Assembly (NCBI GenBank): GCA_963851265.1
Contig: CAWKNZ010000005.1
Span: forward strand, 1-64,000
Length of the DNA: 64,000 bases
Source of the DNA: an uncultured Gemmatimonadales bacterium
GTDB lineage: Bacteria > Gemmatimonadota > Gemmatimonadetes > Gemmatimonadales > Gemmatimonadaceae
Reading direction: 5' to 3'
Part shown: positions 56,294 through 64,000 of the stretch, piece after piece
Layout of the letters: each line of letters opens with the position of its first letter
How positions within the stretch are numbered: position 1 is the stretch's first letter
Notes under the pieces: generated by a model
Told to the model about the DNA's origin: nothing
The model's input: the letters and a program-made list of their open reading frames with translations, nothing else
The model's database searches: none
Translations under genes and position numbers: made by a program

Positions 56294-58003
56294 TTAGGCG
56301 GCCGCGCACGCCGCGCGGCGCTCGCGCGTCCGCCGGTCGCCGGCGCGTCGGTGGCCCGCCTGCCGGTCTCCGCCTGCGCGCGCGAGGAGCGCGGCATGGT
56401 CGGCTGGGTCCAGCGTGGCGAGCGCGGTCGTACCGACGACGCGTGCGGCGTCGCGGTGTGGGGCGCTGGGGTCATCGGCGAGTAGGGCGCCCGGGAGGTT
56501 GGCGCGACGGAGTTCGCAGAGTGCGGCGTCGACTGCCGCGCGCGGGCGGCCGAGCGCACGGGCGGCGCGGTCGGCGACGTCGGTGTCGCCGAGGAGGGCG
56601 CAGAGCGCGGCGACGTGACGCGTGCGCACGGGGAGTGCGGCGATGCGGTCGTGCAGGCGCGCGGCGAGCGCGGCAGGGAGCACGCGCGTGCCTGGGCGAG
56701 CGGCGCACGCGGTCGCGAGCGCGACGACGTCGCCCGGCCGTCCGCCCGCCATGAGCGTGCACCACGCGAGGTCGTCGGCGTGCAGGGCGGTGCCGCGCGT
56801 ACGCGCGGCCGCGCGCGCGAGGGCGGCCGCGTCGTCGTCCGCGAGTACCGGAACGGGTACCACGTGCATCACGCCCCCGGGCGTGCCGAGCGTGGTTGGC
56901 GTCGACGGGACGGCGGCGAAGACGGCGAGGACTGGTGCGCCATCGAGTGCGCGGGCGACTGCCGCGGCGAGCGCGCGTTCGGACGGCGTGGCGCAGCGTG
57001 CGTCGATGGCGAGGAGGAGGGGCGATTCGGCGGCGACGGCGCGTGCGAGTTCTGCGACGGCGATGCCGAGTCGACGGATGGTGGTGTCGCCCGCGGGGAT
57101 CACCGGCGTCGTGGCGAAGCGCCGCACGACGCGTAGCGCGTCGGGGCTGCAGCCGAGCGCGCCCGGTCGGTCGAGCAGCGTGCGGACCGTGGCCGCGAGG
57201 GTGCGTGCCACGCTGGGGAGCCCGGGCGGCGCGCCGCTGACGAGCGAGAACCCGAACGTCGGCGCGGAGCGGGCGAGTTCGGCGATGACGCGGGACACCC
57301 CGGCACCGGCTGCGGCGACGAGGAGCACCGCCGAGCCGTGCCCGTCGTGTGCGGCCGCGGCGTGCGCGCCGAGCGTACGAAGGATGTCGTCGCGCCCGAC
57401 ACACGGCACGGCGTCGGGCGGCGGGGGCGCCTCGTGGACCGCAGTCATGCGAGGCAGAGTCGCGCGGGCGAGCGGGTGTCGCGGATCGAGTTCGAGCAGT
57501 GCGGCGGCGAGGGCGATGCCGTCGCGGTTCGCGGCACGGGCGTCGGCGAGTGCGCGGGCGAGAGTCGCGCGTGCGGCGGCCTCGGTCGTCGCGCGATAGC
57601 GGTCGAGCCAGGCGCGGAACGCGTCGCCGCGCGGGTTCCAGCCGGGGAGGCAGCGTCCCGCGCGTGGCGGCGCGTCGGGTCCGGCGTCACCGTCGCGCGC
57701 GGCCGACAGCGTGAGGTGCGCCGCATCGGCGGCGATCGGGACGCCGAGTCGACGGAGGCGGTAGACGAGTTGGCGGAGCGCGTGGCGGGCCGCGGGTTCG
57801 GGCAGGTCGGGCCAGAGCCACGCCGCGACGCGGGCGCGCGGCATCGGGCGTCCGGCGTCGGCCGCGAGCAGGAGCGCGAGCGAGAACAGGCGGTCACTCG
57901 CGGGGGTGAGCGTGGTCGCGCCGGTCGCGTGCGCGACGACGATGCGGCACTCGCCTAACGTGTGGAGCGTGACGCGCGCGGGCGGGGCGGCGGTGGCGGG
58001 CAT
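56294..58003 (-). CDS. Degenerate SARP/BTAD-like regulator with AAA-like domain
   Basis: LHTLGEC, R.RVAAWLWPD...ARHALRQLVYRLR, ELDP, CVGRD, degenerate Walker A AAAGAGVS. Confidence 0.65.
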   Translation of the reverse strand: MPATAAPPARVTLHTLGECRIVVAHATGATTLTPASDRLFSLALLLAADAGRPMPRARVAAWLWPDLPEPAARHALRQLVYRLRRLGVPIAADAAHLTLSAARDGDAGPDAPPRAGRCLPGWNPRGDAFRAWLDRYRATTEAAARATLARALADARAANRDGIALAAALLELDPRHPLARATLPRMTAVHEAPPPPDAVPCVGRDDILRTLGAHAAAAHDGHGSAVLLVAAAGAGVSRVIAELARSAPTFGFSLVSGAPPGLPSVARTLAATVRTLLDRPGALGCSPDALRVVRRFATTPVIPAGDTTIRRLGIAVAELARAVAAESPLLLAIDARCATPSERALAAAVARALDGAPVLAVFAAVPSTPTTLGTPGGVMHVVPVPVLADDDAAALARAAARTRGTALHADDLAWCTLMAGGRPGDVVALATACAARPGTRVLPAALAARLHDRIAALPVRTRHVAALCALLGDTDVADRAARALGRPRAAVDAALCELRRANLPGALLADDPSAPHRDAARVVGTTALATLDPADHAALLARAGGDRQAGHRRAGDRRTRERRAACAAA

Positions 58004-58112
58004 GCCGCATGATGGCCTGCACCGGGCCGCAGCGCCCTCACGCGGTGGGCAACGGGCGCCCGCCCTGGGGAGAAATGGCGCCGGGGGGAGCCGGCCGGGG
58101 GCGCGTGTGGCG

Positions 58113-59099
<987 letters not shown>

Positions 59100-59105
59100 G
59101 CCGGC

Positions 59106-59705
59106 CTAGCGAGCCGACGCGACGATGACCGCGCCCGCGCGCCCGGGGGCCGCGGCGACGGCGGGCTCCGCGGCCGCCGCGGGCGCGACGACGAAGTCGC
59201 TGCGGCGCACGACCGGGTGGTTGCTGCTGCGGAGCTCGGCCACGACCGCGTAGCGGCCGGGCGCTGGCGCGCGCCACTCGACCTCGTACACGACGCTGTC
59301 GCCGGCGGCGAGGAGCGTGTTCTGCAGGAGCTGCGTGTAGAGCCGCCCGCGACTCGCCCGCCACAGCTCGTGGCCGGCAGAGTCGTAGACTGCGAAGTCG
59401 CGCGTGCGGCCGTTGGGGAACTCGACCTCGAGCCGCTTGTCGCTCGCGTTGACCACGGCGAGTGCGAATCGCACCGCGGCGCTGCCGGCTGCCGTCGGCA
59501 CGACGGCGAGCGCGCCGTCAACGGCGGGCGCTCCGGGCGTATGACGGACGTGGTGCACCGGCGCGCGGCGAAGCGGCTCGCCCGCGACCGCGTGACCGAG
59601 GCGCGCGGCGTGCGCGGGCAGGCCGCTCCCGAAGTGGGGAAGCGGCCCACAGGCGAAGATCACGCCGACGGCGGCGAGGAGAAGAACGAAGATGCGTCGG
59701 TCCAT
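59106..59705 (-). CDS. Putative lipoprotein with BsuPI-like domain
   Basis: IFAC lipobox; F.L.V.N, FPNG..RDFAV.D..G.ELWR.S...YTQ pattern. Confidence 0.7.
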   Translation of the reverse strand: MDRRIFVLLLAAVGVIFACGPLPHFGSGLPAHAARLGHAVAGEPLRRAPVHHVRHTPGAPAVDGALAVVPTAAGSAAVRFALAVVNASDKRLEVEFPNGRTRDFAVYDSAGHELWRASRGRLYTQLLQNTLLAAGDSVVYEVEWRAPAPGRYAVVAELRSSNHPVVRRSDFVVAPAAAAEPAVAAAPGRAGAVIVASAR

Positions 59706-59950
59706 CGGGCGGAGACGGCGGCGCGGGCGGGACGGCGCCTGAGACGGGCGCCGTGGCAACGCGCCGGTACAGCAGGGTCCGGAGCAATGCGCTCAGGGCA
59801 GGAAGGTGCGCGCGGCAACCTACCCCTGGACCACCGAAGCGTCAACCGCGCTGCACACGATCGAAACGACACATAAGTAACACGCGCCGCATCACTTGGC
59901 CGCGGTCCAGTAAACGCGTGTGTCCCCACGAAACGCCGCCGCGAATTCGC

Positions 59951-59968
59951 TTGCGAAAAATTTCACAA
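59951..59968. promoter_or_regulatory. Rex-type operator overlapping the putative atp promoter
   Basis: TTGCGAA-AAAT-TTCACAA versus Rex consensus TTGTGAA-N4-TTCACAA (1 mismatch); TTGCGA-16 nt-TAGATT (59973-59978) resembles -35/-10. Confidence 0.7.
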
Positions 59969-59988
59969 GCTCTAGATTCTCGGCCGCG

Positions 59989-60288
59989 ATGACGCCTGAC
60001 GACGGTAGGACGCGCGACGAGCGCCGCGCATCCCGCCCATCGAGCGGACGGTCGACCGGAAGGTCCACGGAGGGCCCGTCCGCGGCGGCGTTCGCCGGCG
60101 TCGGGCTACAGCTCGGGATGACGCTCGCGCTCTTCGCCTGGCTCGGCACGTGGCTCGATCGCAAGCTCGGGACGGGCCCGTGGCTGTTGCTCGTGTGCGT
60201 GTTCGTCGGCGCGGGGGCAGGATTCTACAGTATTTACCGGCGCGTGATCGGGTCGGGACGTACGGCCCCGACCCGCCGCGAGCCGTGA
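59989..60288 (+). CDS. AtpZ/AtpI-family protein
   Basis: GLQLG...G.WLDRKLGTGPW motif. Confidence 0.85.
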   Translation: MTPDDGRTRDERRASRPSSGRSTGRSTEGPSAAAFAGVGLQLGMTLALFAWLGTWLDRKLGTGPWLLLVCVFVGAGAGFYSIYRRVIGSGRTAPTRREP

Positions 60289-60677
60289 CGACGTCAGACG
60301 GCGTGCGTTCACCGGCGGCCCGACTCGCACCGGCCGCGCTCGCGCGGTCGCTCGGTTTCACGCTCGGCGCGGTCGTCGTCGCCGGCGTGCTGCTCCGGCT
60401 CGTCTTTCGCGGGCCCGGCGCGGCGCCCGCGATCGCGACCAGCGCTGCCGTTGCAGTCGTCGTGCAGTTGCTCAGCTTCATCGGCGCGCGCGCCGCGCCG
60501 CCGCGCCAGGTCCTCGCGGTTTGGATCGCGGGCGCGTTCGTCCGGCTCGTCACGCTCGTGGTCTACGCGCTCGGCGTCGTCCGGTTCCTCGGCTTCCCGC
60601 CGGCGCCGGCACTGCTGAGTCTCGCGACCTTCTTCTTCGTCACCACCCTCGCCGAATCCCGGCTGCACCTTCGCTGA
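60285..60677 (+). CDS. ATP synthase protein I-like membrane protein
   Basis: 4 TM segments; position before atpB; GTGA overlap. Confidence 0.7.
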   Translation: MTTSDGVRSPAARLAPAALARSLGFTLGAVVVAGVLLRLVFRGPGAAPAIATSAAVAVVVQLLSFIGARAAPPRQVLAVWIAGAFVRLVTLVVYALGVVRFLGFPPAPALLSLATFFFVTTLAESRLHLR

Positions 60678-60689
60678 GTCGCACCAACG

Positions 60690-61823
60690 ATGACACGCCA
60701 TAGCCGCCGGACGCTGACCGGTTCGATGCGCGCCTTCGTCGCCGCCCTCGGCGCGGCCCTCGCGCTCGCGACCGCGCCGCTGGTCGCGCCGCTGGCCGCC
60801 CAGACGGCGGCCGGCCCCGCCGCCGGCGACACGACGCACCGCACGGCCGCCGTCGACGCGGCCGCCGAGCGCAGCCTGGTGGGGGACTCGGCCGGCTTCC
60901 GGTCGGGGCACCAGAACGCGACGACGGGCGAGGCGCACGGCACGGCGGCCGGGAACGCCGGCGCGCACGGCCGGGCCGAGGGCGGCGACATCATCATGCC
61001 GCACATCACGGACTCGCACCACGTCGAGCTGCCGTTCGTCCCCTGCGGCCACCTCACGTGCGAGGTCGACCTGCCGCGCGTCGCGCCGGTACAGCTGGGC
61101 GGGGTCTCGATCGACCTCTCGCCCACCAAGCACGTCGTGATGCTGCTCATCGCCTCGCTGCTCTGCCTGGTGACGCTGCTCACGGCGTCGCGGTCGAAGG
61201 GGCGCGTCCTGGGCGCCGGCGCGCGCCGCGGCGGGCTCGCGTCGGGCCTCGAGGCGGTGGTGCTCTACGTGCGCGACGAGGTCATCCTCAGCAACGTCGG
61301 GCCGCACGGCGAGGGCTTCGCGCCCTTCCTGCTGACGATGTTCTTCTTCCTCGTCTTCGCGAACGTGCTCGGGCTCATCCCGTACGGCGCGACGGCCACG
61401 GGCAACATCTCGGTGACCGCGATGCTGGCGATCATCTCGTTCTTCGTCATCGAGCTCGCCGGCATCCGCGCGCTCGGGAAGGACTACATCGGGACCATCC
61501 TCTACTGGCCGAGCGACATGAAGTTCGGCGCGATGAAGATCTTCCTCGCGCTGATCCTCTCGCCGGTAGAGCTGCTCGGCAAGTTCACGAAGCCCTTCGC
61601 GCTCGCGATCCGCCTCTTCGCCAACATGACCGCGGGGCACGTCGTCGTGCTCGCGTTCATCGGGATGATCTTCACCTTCGGCAGCTACCTCGTGGCGATC
61701 GGGCCGGTGCTCATGGCGCTCGGGATCATGCTGCTCGAGGTGTTCGTGGCGCTCGTGCAGGCCTACATCTTCACGCTGCTCGTGAGCGTGTTCATCGGCC
61801 AGCTGCGTGAGGCGCACCACTAG
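60690..61823 (+). CDS. atpB: F0 subunit a with N-terminal extension
   Basis: ATGNISVT, KPFALAIRLFANMTAGH, QAYIFTLL. Confidence 0.95.
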   Translation: MTRHSRRTLTGSMRAFVAALGAALALATAPLVAPLAAQTAAGPAAGDTTHRTAAVDAAAERSLVGDSAGFRSGHQNATTGEAHGTAAGNAGAHGRAEGGDIIMPHITDSHHVELPFVPCGHLTCEVDLPRVAPVQLGGVSIDLSPTKHVVMLLIASLLCLVTLLTASRSKGRVLGAGARRGGLASGLEAVVLYVRDEVILSNVGPHGEGFAPFLLTMFFFLVFANVLGLIPYGATATGNISVTAMLAIISFFVIELAGIRALGKDYIGTILYWPSDMKFGAMKIFLALILSPVELLGKFTKPFALAIRLFANMTAGHVVVLAFIGMIFTFGSYLVAIGPVLMALGIMLLEVFVALVQAYIFTLLVSVFIGQLREAHH

Positions 61824-61987
61824 TCGTTAGGCAGTTCGCGCGGCGGGGCTCGCCCCACCGCCGCGCGGGTACCCGGCCGAGCGGCCGGGGACGTCCGTTG
61901 TCCACATGCCGGACGCCGACGGACGGCGCGGTGACCACGTCGCCGACGCGGGGACGGCACGACCACGCACCACACCCTGACTCGACA

Positions 61988-62278
61988 ATGCTCGCTCTTC
62001 TCCAGGCGGCTCAGACCACCACCGCCACTGTAGGAAACGCCGGTTACGCCGGCGCGTGGGGCCTCATGGGCGCCGGCATCGGCGCCGGCCTCGCCGTCAT
62101 CGGCGCGGGCCTCGGCATCGGCCGCATCGGCGGCCAGGCCGCCGAGGGCATCGCGCGCCAGCCCGAGGCGACCGCCGACATCCGCGGGACCGCGATCGTG
62201 CTCTCCGCGTTCGTCGAGGGCGCGGCGCTGTTCGCGATCGTCGTGTCGCTGCTCATCTCGCTGAAGTTCAGCTTCTAA
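61988..62278 (+). CDS. atpE: F0 subunit c
   Basis: GAGLGIG, ARQPE loop, FVEGAALF. Confidence 0.95.
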   Translation: MLALLQAAQTTTATVGNAGYAGAWGLMGAGIGAGLAVIGAGLGIGRIGGQAAEGIARQPEATADIRGTAIVLSAFVEGAALFAIVVSLLISLKFSF

Positions 62279-62354
62279 GCGTCGCGCTCTTCGTTCGGAC
62301 CTGGCGTCCGGCCGGCTTCGCGGCCGGCCGGCGCCGTCCCCCTTTCTCTTCGCC

Positions 62355-63026
62355 ATGCGCCGTTCTGTCCACCCTGTTGCCGCGCGCGTGATCGCGGCTG
62401 CGCCGTTCGTGGCCGCGCCGTTGTTCGCCGTGCCGTCGCCCGCCGCCGCGCAGGAACTCGCCGAGAAGACGCCCGGCCTCATGTCGCCCAACCCGGGCCT
62501 CATGATCTGGACGCTCGTCATCTTCGGGCTGCTGTTCTTCGTGCTGCGCCGCTACGCGTTCCCGCCGATCCTCGGTGCGGTCGAGGCGCGCGAGCGCGCG
62601 CTCGAAGAGGCGATCGAGGGCGCCAAGCGCGACCGCGCCGCGGCCGCGGAGCTCCTCGCCAAGCAGCAGGCCGCGCTCGACGCGTCGCGCCAGGAGGCGC
62701 AGCAGCTCCTCGCGCAGGCGCACACCGCGGCCGAGCGCACGCGCGCCGACGCGCTGGAGCAGACGCGCGTGCAGCAGGAAGAGCTGCTCGCCCGCGCGCG
62801 CCGCGAGATCGACGCCGACCGCCTGCGCGCGATCGCCGACCTGCGCCGCGAGGCGGTCGACCTCGCGCTCGCCGGCGCGACGAAGGTGATCGGCCGTAGC
62901 CTCGACGACGCGGGCAACCGCCGTCTGGTCGAAGACTTCCTCTCGACGATCCCGGCGCCCCCGTCGCTGGCCGCCGCCGACGGCGCGGCCGGGTCGCAGG
63001 GCGCGGGGGCGCGGGCGCCGCAATGA
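62355..63026 (+). CDS. atpF: F0 subunit b
   Basis: PNPGLMIWTLVIF, AFPPI..EARE, coiled coil. Confidence 0.93.
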   Translation: MRRSVHPVAARVIAAAPFVAAPLFAVPSPAAAQELAEKTPGLMSPNPGLMIWTLVIFGLLFFVLRRYAFPPILGAVEARERALEEAIEGAKRDRAAAAELLAKQQAALDASRQEAQQLLAQAHTAAERTRADALEQTRVQQEELLARARREIDADRLRAIADLRREAVDLALAGATKVIGRSLDDAGNRRLVEDFLSTIPAPPSLAAADGAAGSQGAGARAPQ

Positions 63027-63676
63027 CCGGCCCTGCGGTCGCGTCGTCGGACGGCGCGCAGGTTCGCCCCGCCGGTGCCGACGCGCGCGCCGTGCAGACG
63101 CCGAGCCCCGAGCTCGGCGCCTCGTCGCGCGCGGCCACGGTGTCGCGCAACTACGCCGAGACCCTGCTCCTGCTCGCCCGCCGCGCGGGCGACGTCGCGG
63201 GGTGGGGGCGCATGGCGCAGGAGGTCGTCGACGCGACCAACGCCGACCCGCGTCTGCGCACCTTTCTCGAGTCGCCGCGCATCGCGGCCGAGCACAAGAC
63301 CGAGATGCTCGGGCGCGCGCTGCAGGACCGCTACCCGCGGCTGTTCGTGCGCTTTTTCCAGACCCTCGTGACCAAGGGGCGGCAGCGCCTGCTCGCCGAG
63401 ATCGTGGCCGAGTACCAGGCCCTCGTCGACGAGGCCGAGGGGCGGGTGCACGCGCGCGTGACGCTCGCGACGGCCCCGAGCGAGGCCGACCAGGCGGCGC
63501 TTGCCGCGTCACTCTCGCGGGTGTTAGGCAAACAGGTGGTGCCGCACGTCAGAGTGGACCCCGCGATCCTCGGCGGCGTGATCGTCCGCGTCGGCGACTC
63601 CGTGATGGACGGCTCGGTGCGCCGGCGCCTCGCGACGCTCCGGCGGTCGCTCCTGCGGCAGGCGGCGGTTCGGTAA
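63023..63676 (+). CDS. atpH: F1 subunit delta
   Basis: RNYAETL, VDPAILGGVIVRVGDSVMDGSV. Confidence 0.93.
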   Translation: MTGPAVASSDGAQVRPAGADARAVQTPSPELGASSRAATVSRNYAETLLLLARRAGDVAGWGRMAQEVVDATNADPRLRTFLESPRIAAEHKTEMLGRALQDRYPRLFVRFFQTLVTKGRQRLLAEIVAEYQALVDEAEGRVHARVTLATAPSEADQAALAASLSRVLGKQVVPHVRVDPAILGGVIVRVGDSVMDGSVRRRLATLRRSLLRQAAVR

Positions 63677-63695
63677 CCGCAGCGCGGCAGGCCCC

Positions 63696-63729
63696 GCGGG
63701 CCCGGCACTCCCCCGAGTGCCGGGCCCGC
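63696..63729 (+). terminator. Intrinsic terminator after atpH
   Basis: GCGGGCCCGGCACTC-CCCC-GAGTGCCGGGCCCGC followed by AGTCGTTTGTT. Confidence 0.75.
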
Positions 63730-63860
63730 AGTCGTTTGTTCCCCGGCCGCCGCGTGCGCCGCGGCGCACAACATGCGCGGGACCGGGGCTCGCGCGTCCG
63801 GACGGTGTGGGCGCGCCCGCGACAGCACCGCTCACCGCAGGACCGACACGGACGGCACGC

Positions 63861-64000
63861 ATGCGACTCGGAATGGTAGGACTCGGCCGGATGGGCGCGA
63901 ACATGACGACGCGCCTCATCCAGGGTGGGCATCAAGTGGTGGTCTACGACCGCGATCCTGCGGCAGTGGCCAAGAGCGCCCAGGGCGGCGCCGACGGGGC
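63861..64000 (+). CDS. gnd: 6-phosphogluconate dehydrogenase (short type), 5' part only
   Basis: Manual translation MRLGMVGLGRMGANMTTRLIQGGHQVVVYDRD; runs off the window. Confidence 0.8.
   Translation, partial: MRLGMVGLGRMGANMTTRLIQGGHQVVVYDRDPAAVAKSAQGGADG

Overview
64-kb window of a very GC-rich (roughly 75% by eye) bacterial chromosome; gene content and order suggest Gemmatimonadota, which is an inference. It is mostly core genome. The left arm holds miscellaneous enzymes and transporters (VanZ-like, a frameshifted erythromycin-esterase-family gene, SDR, MATE, GNAT, CPBP protease, M28 peptidase, dinB, D-amino-acid PLP enzyme, RidA, Hsp15, CHAD-CYTH), a possible accessory pair (M15 peptidase lipoprotein plus exported HEAT-like/FIMAH-like protein), arfB and CorC. 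The middle holds a type IV pilus locus (pilS-pilR, sigma54 promoter, pilA, pilVWX-like, pilMNOPQ, large lipoprotein), a DUF3667 pseudogene, an in-frame aroC-aroK fusion and smg-topA-trmFO-xerC-hslVU-argF. The right arm holds bcp, gcvT, mog, a sigma54 activator, MoxR, the F0/delta half of a split ATP synthase operon with a Rex-type operator, and the start of gnd. I found no rRNA, tRNA, CRISPR array or transposase. The strongest unexplained signal is the non-palindromic heptamer GTTAGGC/GCCTAAC. I found it 29 times on both strands, in several reading frames and between genes, often imposing TTA codons, which resembles a DNA-uptake, Chi or HIP-like chromosomal signal. Other non-genic signals are a recurrent leaderless-promoter architecture and 11-bp phased repeats upstream of three genes.
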